64,000 bases of DNA from Nanobdellota archaeon (GTDB lineage: Archaea; Nanobdellota; Nanobdellia; Parvarchaeales; Parvarchaeaceae): assembly GCA_021800365.1 (NCBI GenBank), contig JAJYZA010000003.1:6182-70181 (forward strand), given 5' to 3'. A program made the position numbers and the translations under genes. The notes below the pieces were generated by a model, which did not search any database, had not been told where the DNA came from, and saw only the letters and a list, made by a program, of their open reading frames with translations. Positions 38,062 to 48,292 of this stretch are shown here, piece after piece (the first letter of the stretch is position 1; each line of letters opens with the position of its first letter).

Positions 38062-40113
38062 TTATTTGAATAATTTAAAATCTGCCGCAACTGCGCCATC
38101 TTCAGATATAAAAACCGGGTTTATCTCGATGTCCTTTATTTCTTTATTTAAATCCATGAATTTAGATATCCGCAACAAGTAGTCAATTATCTCCTCAAAA
38201 GTTCTTGCTTTTGCTATTTTGTAGATTAGCCTACCTATTTTAGACGTTTTGAAATCCGCTATGTCTTTATCAGATATTGGCCCAAGTAAAAACGTCGTAT
38301 CGTAAAGCGCATCCGTACGTCCTGCGCGTAGTCCGACTGCCATAATTGCACCGAATCTCGCATCACGATGCGCACCGATTAACAGTTCTAGCTTTGATTT
38401 TTTCTCTTTTTCCGCGTCCATATAAAGTTCATAACAAGAAACCTTCAGATGTTCGTTTGCAGCCTTCGTGTTAATACTGTTCATCGCCTTCTTTAAATCC
38501 TCATATGTCTTTATTCCAGTTATTACTCCACCTAGCCGTCCTCTATGTGCGGTATTGCGCAATGCGAGTTTCAGTACACACGGATAACCTATAATTTTTA
38601 TGGCTTTTTGGAGTTCGGATTCTGTCCTAAACGCTACGCCATGTACAGTTCTTATTCCGAGTCTGTCAATAATCTCCTTTGCGGCTAGCCCGAATTCATT
38701 CTCCTTCAATTTTAGGTTATTCACTTTTATTTTAGTCTTTGTATACGCGTTAAAAGTCGGGGGCATAAACGTACTATACTCGTATAATTTTTTAATTATA
38801 TGCGCGGCTTCATGAGGATAACTATAATCGGGGAGACCATGTTCTCTCAAGAAACGCTTTGCTTTCTCTACTCTCAACCCTCCAAGGAATAGCGGAAATA
38901 TCGGTAAATCATGGTTCTGTAATCTTATTTCTGATATTTCTTTTGCAGTTTCTATCGGCATAAACGTCTTCTGTGGAGATACGATAACTACGATTGGCTT
39001 ATTTAATTTTGACACAATCTCTAAGGCTTCTTTATAACGTTCTGGAGTTGCATCTCCAAGTAGGTCTAGTGGATTTTGTATCTTACATTCTTTTGGCAGT
39101 GCTTTTTCTAATTCATTTGCTATATTGTTGTTTAATTTTGCCGCTTTAATTCCAACGGCATTCAATGCATCGATCATTAATGAGCCGGCGCTCTCCGCAT
39201 TCGTGATAACAAATATCTCATCATTTTTTATTCTAATATCGGAAGCATCCCGCATCAAGCTAAGGATTTCTTCAATGCCCTTTACCGGTATTACTCCCGC
39301 ACGCTTGAATGCAAGCCTATAACCGAGATTCTCGTCTATAAGCGAGCTTATAATAGATTCTGTGGTCGCAAGACTAATCTTCGATTTCCCCCCCCTCAAG
39401 ATTATCACTGGTTTTCTTTTAGAGGCCTCTATCGCATTATCTATAAACTCTTCCCCGTTTTCTAGGGTTTCCATGTAAAGTACGATTGTACCGGTTTTCG
39501 CATCTTCTGATAGCACTTTAAGTACTTCCGATGAGTTTAAATTTACTTCGTTTCCAGTGCAGATAATCTTACTGAAACCGATTTTGCCGAGCGTCGCATC
39601 GTCAACAATAACACTTAAAATGGAACCGCTTTGGGATACCAAGGCAGTCTTACCTTCAAACGGTTTTAAATTTGGGTCTATAAATGAGGTATTATATGAG
39701 GGATTAGTGTTTATTACGCCTATTGAGTTTGGGCCGATTACTTTTATCTTTGCTGATTTTAAGAAAGTCTTTATAGCAGCCTCCAACTTAATACCGGCAG
39801 CGTCAGATTCTTTAAATCCGGCACTTATTATATTCGCGAATGCAACTCTTTTCTTTTCACATTCCTTGAGAACGTTTAGTACTTCGTTTGCAGGGACAGC
39901 GATAACGGCGAGATCTAGTGGTTCTTTTATCATTGATACACTTTTGTATGCCTTTACACCTTGCAATTCATCAGCGTTTTTGTTTATAGGAAATATCTTT
40001 CCACGGTAAGTTATTCTTAAGTTTTTTAGTATTATGCTTCCTATCTTGCTCGGATCCCTTGATGCGCCGATTACAGCTATGCTGACTGGATTAAACAGTT
40101 TTTCGTAAACCAT
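38062..40113 (-). CDS. Fused alpha-beta ADP-forming acyl-CoA synthetase homologue lacking the alpha phospho-His
   Basis: IAVIGAS CoA-binding, IGPNSIG, SQSG, NPLDLLGDA, C-terminal ATP-grasp; SSHTGSL replaced by ESIISSL. Confidence 0.85.
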   Translation of the reverse strand: MVYEKLFNPVSIAVIGASRDPSKIGSIILKNLRITYRGKIFPINKNADELQGVKAYKSVSMIKEPLDLAVIAVPANEVLNVLKECEKKRVAFANIISAGFKESDAAGIKLEAAIKTFLKSAKIKVIGPNSIGVINTNPSYNTSFIDPNLKPFEGKTALVSQSGSILSVIVDDATLGKIGFSKIICTGNEVNLNSSEVLKVLSEDAKTGTIVLYMETLENGEEFIDNAIEASKRKPVIILRGGKSKISLATTESIISSLIDENLGYRLAFKRAGVIPVKGIEEILSLMRDASDIRIKNDEIFVITNAESAGSLMIDALNAVGIKAAKLNNNIANELEKALPKECKIQNPLDLLGDATPERYKEALEIVSKLNKPIVVIVSPQKTFMPIETAKEISEIRLQNHDLPIFPLFLGGLRVEKAKRFLREHGLPDYSYPHEAAHIIKKLYEYSTFMPPTFNAYTKTKIKVNNLKLKENEFGLAAKEIIDRLGIRTVHGVAFRTESELQKAIKIIGYPCVLKLALRNTAHRGRLGGVITGIKTYEDLKKAMNSINTKAANEHLKVSCYELYMDAEKEKKSKLELLIGAHRDARFGAIMAVGLRAGRTDALYDTTFLLGPISDKDIADFKTSKIGRLIYKIAKARTFEEIIDYLLRISKFMDLNKEIKDIEINPVFISEDGAVAADFKLFK

Positions 40114-40409
40114 ACTTGGATTATAAGGCAGTTATCAAATTAAAGTATTACTATCTGAACTAGTTAGTGGTAAACATAAAAATAAACTGACCTGGATTAA
40201 CGACTGACGACAAGTGCCCCTTCGATTCCTGATGTGCTCTTATTAAACTTTATACATTTGCTAAATTCCTCCTAAGACAGATTTATGCGAAAGGAATATA
40301 TTTTTTGTAAGCTTTAGTTTTTTAAGAGCCGATAGGCGAAGTTTTCTTATTAGATAGCTATTTATACTATTTTACACCTATAAACTGTATAGTTTATTTA
40401 ATTAGGTGA

Positions 40410-40730
40410 TTGAAAAAAAGAGAAGAGATGACAGAAGTTTGTTCAGTTTGCGGATTGCCGAAAGACCTTTGTATTTGCGGCACGATTTCTCAGGAAAGTC
40501 AAAAGATAAAAGTATTTACAAAGCGTGTTTCATTCAGAAAGGTAGTAACTATAATAAGCGGTTTTGACCAGAAGAGTACCGATATAAAAAACATAACAAA
40601 GCAGCTTAAGAATCGTCTAGCGTGTGGCGGTACGTTTAAAGATGGCGTGATAGAGCTACAGGGCGACCATACAGACAAAATCAAAAAAATACTGATTTCG
40701 CTTGGATTTCAGGAATCGGCATTTGTTTAG
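40410..40730 (+). CDS. sui1: Translation initiation factor SUI1 (aIF1)
   Basis: CSVCGLPKDLCIC, LKNRLACGGT, IELQGDH; AGGTGA SD before the TTG. Confidence 0.95.
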   Translation: MKKREEMTEVCSVCGLPKDLCICGTISQESQKIKVFTKRVSFRKVVTIISGFDQKSTDIKNITKQLKNRLACGGTFKDGVIELQGDHTDKIKKILISLGFQESAFV

Positions 40731-40820
40731 TACCGCATAGCTATAAACTGTGGATAAATCGATTATCTGTCTAAAATCAAAATGAGTTAGAATTATAAAT
40801 TCTCAGCTACACTCTTAGCT

Positions 40821-42257
40821 ATGAACGAAACTCAATTAGAAAAATTATTCTCAAGTGGAATTCTTATTGACGAGAATGTAAAAAGTGCTGAAATAAATGA
40901 CGTCGATTGGCTAATAGTGCAGTTAAAATCGGCAAACATAACCTTCTTAGATCAAAAAACATTACACGATATATATAAAGAAACCGTAGTCTCTCAGGAC
41001 ACTTATATCGAAATAACGAAAAACTATAAGGGGGGCACGTCCGCATCTAAGCCTGCGGATTGGGTGATATACTTCAATGACCGATTTAATCGTTTAAAGA
41101 ATCTTCTCTTGAACAAGGGGATTAGTGGCATAATGTCGATTTCGCAAGTAAAGGAAATGCCGATAGGTTCAGATGTTAAATTCATCGCCATGATCTCTGA
41201 TATATCAATAAGCCCAATCAAAAAATTTACAATAATAGAAGTGGAAGACACTACCTCATCATACAAGGTGATCTCTCCGACAGCCGAACCGGATTTACTT
41301 CCGGATCAGGTCGTGATAATCACCGGCAAAAAATCTAAAGATGCTATATTCGCTAAATCGATAATCTTTCCCGATATACAGGTAAAAGAAAACGAACCGG
41401 TCGCTATAGAAGATGCGTTCGTTCTTTTTCTATCTGATATACACATTGGTTCTAAATTATTTGCACGCGAGGCCTTTGAAAAGTTTATAACGTGGATAAG
41501 TGGAAAAACAAATGAATACTCCGAGATAGCGGGCGCAGTTAAATTTATAGTAATAATAGGAGACTTAGTCGATGGGATAGGTGTATATCCGGACCAAGAA
41601 AAAGAGCTTTCTTTAACTGATCTAAAATCACAGTATAGCGAACTTTATAAATTACTTAAGAACGTGCCGAAAAATATAAAGATACTCATATCTCAGGGCA
41701 ATCATGATGCAACGCACATCGCAGAGCCGCAACCAGGACTAGACCCGATTTTTGGCGAGGAGTTATATAAATTAGAAAATGCAGTGTTTCTTTCGAACCC
41801 GTATCAAGTAAACTTAGTTGTGGGTGGCCATAAAACAAATCTATTGGGATATCACGGTTTCAGTATAACTTACTATGTAAACAATATCGATAGATACAAT
41901 AAGATGACGGTTGAGGACGTGGCTTCGATAATGAGGCTACAGTTGAAGTCACGACACTTGGCGCCGACGCACGGTTCTGCGCAGATAGTGCCATTGACTC
42001 AAGATTATTTAGTGATAGACGAGACTCCGGACATATACGCTGCCGGCCATATACACAAAGCGCTGATATCGAAGTATAAAGAAACTATACTAGTGAATGC
42101 ATCGTGTTGGCAGTACCAGACTTTGTACCAGAAGAAATACGGTATAAACCCGGAAGTAGCTAAAGTACCGATAATAAACCTAAAAAATAAAGAATTCATG
42201 ATGTTGGACTTTCTTGGGGAAAAGGTACAAATATACAAAAAAGGTATTAAAACGTGA
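40821..42257 (+). CDS. polD1: DNA polymerase D small (proofreading) subunit DP1
   Basis: SDIHIGS, GDLVDG, GNHDA, RHLAPTHG, GHIH calcineurin-like motifs. Confidence 0.95.
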   Translation: MNETQLEKLFSSGILIDENVKSAEINDVDWLIVQLKSANITFLDQKTLHDIYKETVVSQDTYIEITKNYKGGTSASKPADWVIYFNDRFNRLKNLLLNKGISGIMSISQVKEMPIGSDVKFIAMISDISISPIKKFTIIEVEDTTSSYKVISPTAEPDLLPDQVVIITGKKSKDAIFAKSIIFPDIQVKENEPVAIEDAFVLFLSDIHIGSKLFAREAFEKFITWISGKTNEYSEIAGAVKFIVIIGDLVDGIGVYPDQEKELSLTDLKSQYSELYKLLKNVPKNIKILISQGNHDATHIAEPQPGLDPIFGEELYKLENAVFLSNPYQVNLVVGGHKTNLLGYHGFSITYYVNNIDRYNKMTVEDVASIMRLQLKSRHLAPTHGSAQIVPLTQDYLVIDETPDIYAAGHIHKALISKYKETILVNASCWQYQTLYQKKYGINPEVAKVPIINLKNKEFMMLDFLGEKVQIYKKGIKT

Positions 42258-42273
42258 TTGAGTATCTTATCTT

Positions 42274-42894
42274 ATGTCAGGGAAACTGATAGTTCTTGAG
42301 GGCATAGACGGCGCAGGTAAATCTACGCTTACAAAAGCATTAACAGAATATCTAAAAAAAACAGGAAGAAAGGTACGTACACTAATATACCCAGATAGAT
42401 CATATATTTACGGAAAGATAATAGACGATTTTTTGCACTCAAAAATTAATCTAAGTGTAGAGGAGCAGTTTCTTTTGTATCTTACTGATATGGTAAAGGA
42501 TAAGATCAAAATCTCTAATGCGATCGCTGACGGCGAAATAGTAATTTTAGATCGATATTTCTTTTCGACGATAGCCTATCAGTGCTCAAATGGATTAGAT
42601 TATGAACGTTCTAAAAACTTCGTAGAATTATTGTCTTTGAACAGATCTTTCGGCGTTTTCTACATAGATATTCCAATCGAACTATCGCTCCAGAGAAAAC
42701 AGAAACAAAAAAGCTTAACCGGTGTCGATAGGTTTGAGGCGAATAAATCATTGTTGCAGAGCGTAAAGGTATTTTATGAACGACTTTTCAGTGAACGTGC
42801 GTTTGCAGATAATTGGGTCAAAATAGACGGCTCAAAGAGCCAAGAAGAAGTTTCTAAAGAACTTATAGATGCTGCTAATAAGCTCGGGATATGA
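42274..42894 (+). CDS. tmk: Thymidylate kinase (canonical P-loop)
   Basis: EGIDGAGKST, LDRYFFSTIAYQ. Confidence 0.92.
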   Translation: MSGKLIVLEGIDGAGKSTLTKALTEYLKKTGRKVRTLIYPDRSYIYGKIIDDFLHSKINLSVEEQFLLYLTDMVKDKIKISNAIADGEIVILDRYFFSTIAYQCSNGLDYERSKNFVELLSLNRSFGVFYIDIPIELSLQRKQKQKSLTGVDRFEANKSLLQSVKVFYERLFSERAFADNWVKIDGSKSQEEVSKELIDAANKLGI

Positions 42895-43496
42895 AAGGAA
42901 AATTTATAGTTTTGGAAGGACTGGACGGTGCAGGGATTGCGACACAGGCAACTCTATTGGCCCATCGTCTTAAAAATGCCGGATTTTCTGTCTTATTGAC
43001 AAAAGAGCCGACTAACGGTTTAATAGGCGGCATTTCCAAAGCTGCTCTTAGGGGCGAATTTAAAATCTCGCCGCGTACATTACAGCTACTGTTCTGTGCT
43101 GATCGTGCACATCATCTAGAAAAAGAAATAGAACCTGCGCTTGCAAGGGGTAAATTTGTAATCTGCGATAGATATCTCTTTTCTACTCTCTCATATGGCT
43201 ATGCTTCAAATGTGAATTACAAATGGCTAAGATACATAAATCTAAATTTTAGATTACCAGACATAGGCATACTATTAGATGTTAAACCAAACGTCTCTAT
43301 GGTAAGAGTCTCTGATGCTGAGGATGGCCTGCAACTGTTTGAAGATAGAGAGAAATTAAATCGGGTTAGGCAGGCGTATCTTAATATAGCTAAAGAATTT
43401 CACTTAAAAAAGATAGATGGGGACAGTAAAATAGATGATGTATCAGATAAGGTCTATAACCTAATAAATAAGGGCTTAGGTGGCCATCAAAAATAA
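42891..43496 (+). CDS. Thymidylate kinase paralogue with degenerate Walker A
   Basis: EGLDGAGIATQ (Lys16 to Ile), KEPT, ADR, CDRYLFSTLSYG. Confidence 0.85.
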   Translation: MKGKFIVLEGLDGAGIATQATLLAHRLKNAGFSVLLTKEPTNGLIGGISKAALRGEFKISPRTLQLLFCADRAHHLEKEIEPALARGKFVICDRYLFSTLSYGYASNVNYKWLRYINLNFRLPDIGILLDVKPNVSMVRVSDAEDGLQLFEDREKLNRVRQAYLNIAKEFHLKKIDGDSKIDDVSDKVYNLINKGLGGHQK

Positions 43497-43501
43497 TTTG
43501 C

Positions 43502-45805
43502 ATGAAAAGACATTATAGAATATCGAGGGGCCAAGTGGCTTTAGAATATTTAATAATAATCGGACTAGCATTAACGATACTTACTGGTTTTCTTATAATG
43601 ACTTTTTATTATGCGTCTGGTTATAACTCAGCCGAGAGTGGTCAGGGCGTGGTCTTAGCAGTCAATACAATAAGTAACGCGGTTGATTCATTGGCATCGG
43701 CGCAGTTAGGTTCTGCCTACGGTTTTTCGTTTGTGTCCTCGGGTTTTGATCAATTGGCTTCTTATTTCTGTGCCAATTATATAACATTGTCTTCATCCGG
43801 ATATCAGGCCGCCGCTACTGTAAATTTGCCGGTGTATGGTGAAATCCCGCTTAACCCAGGACAATATTCAGGGAGGGCGCTTTTAACCAATATAAACGGC
43901 GAGCAGGAGGTACAAATAAGTTTCAATCTCTTAATAGCAACAATAAATACGACTTATGTGTTAAACGGATCTGCATTATTATATAATATATCTTTTTTAT
44001 CCCAGTCAAATACGTTAGTAAATAACGTAAATTTTGAATTAAAAGTATATACTTTAACAAATACTTTTATTGCTGCACAAAATGAAACCGCAGTAAGTGG
44101 AAAATTCAGCGGCCATGTAAATATAAATCACGCATATCCCAACTTAAAAATAATGGTGTTAGTGCCTTCTTATGGGGTAGCTAACACAGAATGCATAGGG
44201 AGCAGTGCGCAAGCACGGCTCAGCATAATAAATTTTCAGTCTTCAGCGACTCCTTCTCCGTTTCAACAGACGGTCACTATAAATTCCTCAGAGTTTTCAA
44301 AGTACGAATCTACTAATTTGCAGAATGTGCAATTCTCTTATCCTAACGGTACAGTAATCCCGTCTTGGTTGGAATCTTCCAACCTCGCAAGTTTTAATAC
44401 GCCGCTTCAGTCACCATTCGCATGGATAAACGTAAGCAATAGCTCATTACTTAAGCCGACTAGCGCGCTTACAGTGAGTGGCTGGGCAAATTTAAGGAAT
44501 TTAAGTGACGTTGGGGGTGTCCTCCCATTGGCTTTATTTTCTAATGAGTGGGCCAATAGAACTAGCGGCATAATGGCATATATAAAAAATGGCGAATTAT
44601 ACTTCTTTGCAAATCTTTCCTCTTCAGGTCGAGTCAATATCAGCACTAACATCTCGACTCTTGGAATAACCGTAAATCAGTGGTTTAATTATGTTGCGAC
44701 TTATTCGGCTGCTACGGGTAAATTTATGCTTTATATAAATGGAGAGCCGGAAGCTACGAAAACGGTACCAACGAGTCAATCGATAGTATACGTGCCGAGT
44801 TCAAAATTTATTATTGGAGCATTCCTACCTGGAGCCGGCTGTATTTTATTGTGTTTAGATTTCATTTTTAACGGTAGCATGGCAAACTTACAGATGTATT
44901 CCTCAGCATTGGCTTCCTCTCAGATCTCTGCGCTTTATTCTGAAGGGATGGGGGGTCAGCCCGTTTCAACCGCCTCTCTTTTAGCCTGGTGGCCGCTTTC
45001 TGGAAATGCCAACGATTTGAGCGGAAATGGCAATTCGGGGATACCTATCGACGTGGTATTCTCTGCCGTTGGATCAGGCAGCACCGGCACAAGATATTGG
45101 TTAAGACTCGGAAGCCTTCCTGCAGACTCTACGACTGAAATATTGATGGACTTCTATCCAACTGATTTTAACGTTTTCAATAATAAAATAACCGGTGAAG
45201 CTCCTCAGCTTTCCTCCACATACGGCAAATATGATAACGGCGTTAATATATTCAATTACTATACTAATTTTTCTGGAACGAGTCTGCCGAGTGGATGGAC
45301 TACAAGCAGTAGCCTGACTGCCACTGTGAGTAATGGCGTAAAACTGGCCAGTTCAGCAGGGAGTCAATATTTAGGATACAATACCGCCGTAAATTCTCCT
45401 TTTGTATTCGAAATCTATGGAAAGGTAACGACAGCAACAACAGTAGATGAATCGAACCTATTGGCGATTGTCAGCAGCTCTCTTGGTGGTGCCACTGATT
45501 GGGCAGGGGAAGCATATTCTTCCGGGGATGTCTTTGGTTACGGTATAGCAGGCAATTGGATCACAACATCGACAAGCTGGAGCATAGGTACTTTTTACCT
45601 GAACGGAGTGGGATTGACGTCTTCGGGGGTTTCCGATTATGTCAATTACAATTTATTAGGCAGTTCCACATCTTCTGGCGGATTATCGAGTGCATATTTA
45701 GAAATATGGCAGGACAATTCAACGACATTCGTCCAGTGGCTCCGCACCCGGGCTTATCCTCCAAACGGTGTAATGCCATATGTTATAGTTGGTGGAGTAC
45801 AGTGA
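43502..45805 (+). CDS. Class III signal-peptide protein with DUF2341 interrupted by a LamG/concanavalin-like domain
   Basis: SRG/QVALEYLIIIG; LTVSGW...WFNYVATY..LYING...FNGSMANLQMYSSAL...WWPLSGNAND; WLRTRAYPPNGVMP. Confidence 0.82.
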   Translation: MKRHYRISRGQVALEYLIIIGLALTILTGFLIMTFYYASGYNSAESGQGVVLAVNTISNAVDSLASAQLGSAYGFSFVSSGFDQLASYFCANYITLSSSGYQAAATVNLPVYGEIPLNPGQYSGRALLTNINGEQEVQISFNLLIATINTTYVLNGSALLYNISFLSQSNTLVNNVNFELKVYTLTNTFIAAQNETAVSGKFSGHVNINHAYPNLKIMVLVPSYGVANTECIGSSAQARLSIINFQSSATPSPFQQTVTINSSEFSKYESTNLQNVQFSYPNGTVIPSWLESSNLASFNTPLQSPFAWINVSNSSLLKPTSALTVSGWANLRNLSDVGGVLPLALFSNEWANRTSGIMAYIKNGELYFFANLSSSGRVNISTNISTLGITVNQWFNYVATYSAATGKFMLYINGEPEATKTVPTSQSIVYVPSSKFIIGAFLPGAGCILLCLDFIFNGSMANLQMYSSALASSQISALYSEGMGGQPVSTASLLAWWPLSGNANDLSGNGNSGIPIDVVFSAVGSGSTGTRYWLRLGSLPADSTTEILMDFYPTDFNVFNNKITGEAPQLSSTYGKYDNGVNIFNYYTNFSGTSLPSGWTTSSSLTATVSNGVKLASSAGSQYLGYNTAVNSPFVFEIYGKVTTATTVDESNLLAIVSSSLGGATDWAGEAYSSGDVFGYGIAGNWITTSTSWSIGTFYLNGVGLTSSGVSDYVNYNLLGSSTSSGGLSSAYLEIWQDNSTTFVQWLRTRAYPPNGVMPYVIVGGVQ

Positions 45806-45923
45806 AATCAATATTTATAAAAGTAAGAGAAACATCACCGAATAACATAATACTGCTCACTATAGTAGGCACTTTAAGTTAATCCTAACGTTAATATTGT
45901 TATATTTCTTTTAAATTAGTAAG

Positions 45924-47258
45924 ATGGAAAACAAAAAGGTAAAAATAATTGCTACCATAGGCCCAGCTTCCGATAGTGAAGCTGTATTAAAAAAACTGAT
46001 GCTTAGCGGCGTAAATGTATTTAGACTTAATTTTTCTCATGCGACGCCGGATTACTTTGCCAAAGTAATAAAACGTATAAATAAATTAAAAAAGAAGCTC
46101 AGGATAAACGTAGTAACATTTCTAGATTTACCCGGGCCGAAGATAAGAACTGGTATACTGCCAAATGGAAAATTTGAGATAAAAGAAGGCGAACGCTATA
46201 TTTTAGGTCCAAATGGAGATATACCGGTATCAAAATCATTACTTAAAGCTTTACCCTCAAAAGGTAAGATCTCTTTGTCAGATGGCAAGATACAGATAGA
46301 ACCCCTGCAGAGGATAAAGAATGGGATTGTAGTAGAAGCACTGGACGACGGCACCCTCTTAAACAACCAAAGTATAAATGCAGCAAATCTTATCTATGAG
46401 AAAAAATATCCCACAAATAATGACATAGCAGGAATCAGGTTCGGCCTTAGACATGGAATAAATGTATTTGCTTTATCTTTTGTATCAAGAAAAGAAGACA
46501 TACAGAAAGCAAGACGGTTTACAGGAAAAAATAGTATAATAATAACCAAAGTGGAACGCGATAGCGCTGTAAAAGATTTTTCTGAAATCGCAAATGAATC
46601 TGATGTAATAATGATAGCGCGCGGGGATTTAGGTTTAAATATAGATATGGTAAAAGTTCCATTTATCCAGCGTAAGCTGATAAAAGAAGCGAACAAGCTG
46701 TGCAAACCAATAATAACGGCGACTCAAGTATTGGAATCTATGATTAGAAACCCGATACCGACGCGCGCAGAGCTAGACGATACATTTACCGCGATAATGG
46801 AGGGAACAGACGCGATAATGCTTTCAGAGGAAACTGCAATAGGGTCTTTTCCAGTAAAATCCGTTCAAACGTTAAGAAAATTGATTGATTTCAATTATAA
46901 GAAGCTTAATCCGACTAGGTATCCAATTAAGGTCGAGGAAGATGCATTAATAGACGATGTAGTTGACTTAGCTCGTAATACGCGTATAAAATCCATAATA
47001 ATGAAGACATCAAATGGCAAAAATGTCCTTAAGCTTTCAAGATACCATATTGACGCAGATATATTTGCGATAACAAACGATACAAATACTGCGAACCTAC
47101 TCTCGTTCAGTAGGGGCGTTATACCTATCCATTCAAACAGGACCTCCTCTGCATTCAAGGCAGTAAATAAGAACTATAACGTGAGCAGGGCGATAATGGT
47201 ATACGACGTTCCAAGAGGTAAAAAAGCGGAAACAGGTCTTAATATCATTAATCTCTAA
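45924..47258 (+). CDS. pyk: Pyruvate kinase
   Basis: KIIATIGPAS, RLNFSH, DLPGPKIR, MIARGDLG, ATQVLESM, PTRAE, DAIMLSEETA. Confidence 0.96.
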   Translation: MENKKVKIIATIGPASDSEAVLKKLMLSGVNVFRLNFSHATPDYFAKVIKRINKLKKKLRINVVTFLDLPGPKIRTGILPNGKFEIKEGERYILGPNGDIPVSKSLLKALPSKGKISLSDGKIQIEPLQRIKNGIVVEALDDGTLLNNQSINAANLIYEKKYPTNNDIAGIRFGLRHGINVFALSFVSRKEDIQKARRFTGKNSIIITKVERDSAVKDFSEIANESDVIMIARGDLGLNIDMVKVPFIQRKLIKEANKLCKPIITATQVLESMIRNPIPTRAELDDTFTAIMEGTDAIMLSEETAIGSFPVKSVQTLRKLIDFNYKKLNPTRYPIKVEEDALIDDVVDLARNTRIKSIIMKTSNGKNVLKLSRYHIDADIFAITNDTNTANLLSFSRGVIPIHSNRTSSAFKAVNKNYNVSRAIMVYDVPRGKKAETGLNIINL

Positions 47259-47340
47259 ATCTAGTGCTTAACTATAACGTATTTAAATGAATTACTTATA
47301 AGTTATATAATCGAAACTATTCCAGAAAATAGATTCAAGT

Positions 47341-48291
47341 ATGGGACATCAAATAACCAAGAAAAGCACGCCACGAAGGGGGAGTTTACAGTACTACCCT
47401 ATAACAAGGAGCGATAAAGCTTATCACAATTTTGATAGATATCCAAATTTAGCGTCCAAAGAATTAAGCGGTTTCGCCGGATATAAAGTTGGTATGACAA
47501 GTGCTGTATATATAGAAAATGACAAAAATTCTCCGGATTTCAAAAATGAGGTCCTAACGGCCGCGACCGTTCTCGAGTGCCCGCCCCTCGTCGTTTGCGC
47601 ATTGAGGTTCTATAAGGATAAGAAGACAATCGGAGAGAGTTGGGCAGAAGGTTTAAACAAGAACATATCCAGAAGAATAAAATTTAAGGAAAAAAATATA
47701 GATTTGGAGAGTTTAAAGAAGGGCGCAGATAATCTAAAACTCCTTGTTTCGACGCAACCGTGGTTAATAGGGCTAAAGAAGACACCGGAACTATTCGAAC
47801 TAGTTATTGGCGGTGATTTAGAATCGAAATATTCGGCAGCAAAGGACCTGCTTGGAAAAGAGATAGATATATCTTCTGTGATAAAAGATGGCACATTTGT
47901 CGATGTTAGTTCAGTAACTAAGGGAAAGGGATTTAGTGGCTCTGTGAAAAGAAATGGTGTAAAAATATACCCAGTTCATGCAAGTAAATCCAGGAGAAAG
48001 GCCGGAAACCTCGGGGCAGAATCAATGGCAAAAGTCCAGTTTACGGTTCCTCAACACGGGCGTTTGGGATTTAATTCGAGAGTAGAATTCAACAAGTTCG
48101 TTTTAAAGGTAATTAAAGAGTCTGCAGAAGTAAACATCAACAGTGGCTACAAAAGATACGGAAACGTTAGTAGTAATGCTTTACTATTAAAGGGATCAGT
48201 AGCAGGTAGCACTGGTAGACTGATAATACTCAGAAAGGCGCTACGGCCCACAAAGAATGCAGAACCGGTAAAAGTAAATTTGGTAAAATAA
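47341..48291 (+). CDS. rpl3: 50S ribosomal protein L3
   Basis: PRRGSLQYYP, GYKVGMT, TKGKGFSG. Confidence 0.95.
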   Translation: MGHQITKKSTPRRGSLQYYPITRSDKAYHNFDRYPNLASKELSGFAGYKVGMTSAVYIENDKNSPDFKNEVLTAATVLECPPLVVCALRFYKDKKTIGESWAEGLNKNISRRIKFKEKNIDLESLKKGADNLKLLVSTQPWLIGLKKTPELFELVIGGDLESKYSAAKDLLGKEIDISSVIKDGTFVDVSSVTKGKGFSGSVKRNGVKIYPVHASKSRRKAGNLGAESMAKVQFTVPQHGRLGFNSRVEFNKFVLKVIKESAEVNINSGYKRYGNVSSNALLLKGSVAGSTGRLIILRKALRPTKNAEPVKVNLVK

Positions 48292-48292
48292 T

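Noticed and set aside
39388-39395. C8 (G8 on the coding strand) tract in the acyl-CoA synthetase homologue; possible phase variation
   Set aside because: It is in frame, encodes the conserved RGG, and there is no evidence of length variation
40114-40409. TTCGATT tRNA-like loop, CTGA boxes and a short SGIEGALVVSR frame in the intergenic region
   Set aside because: There is no T stem or cloverleaf, no proper C box, and the frame has no start and is bounded by stops
33470-45790. Shared DNA GCTTATCCTCCAAACGG.GTAATGCC at the ends of the two DUF2341 genes; considered as a DGR TR/VR pair
   Set aside because: The match is short, the differences are not adenine-specific, both copies are coding paralogue ends, and there is no reverse transcriptase in the window
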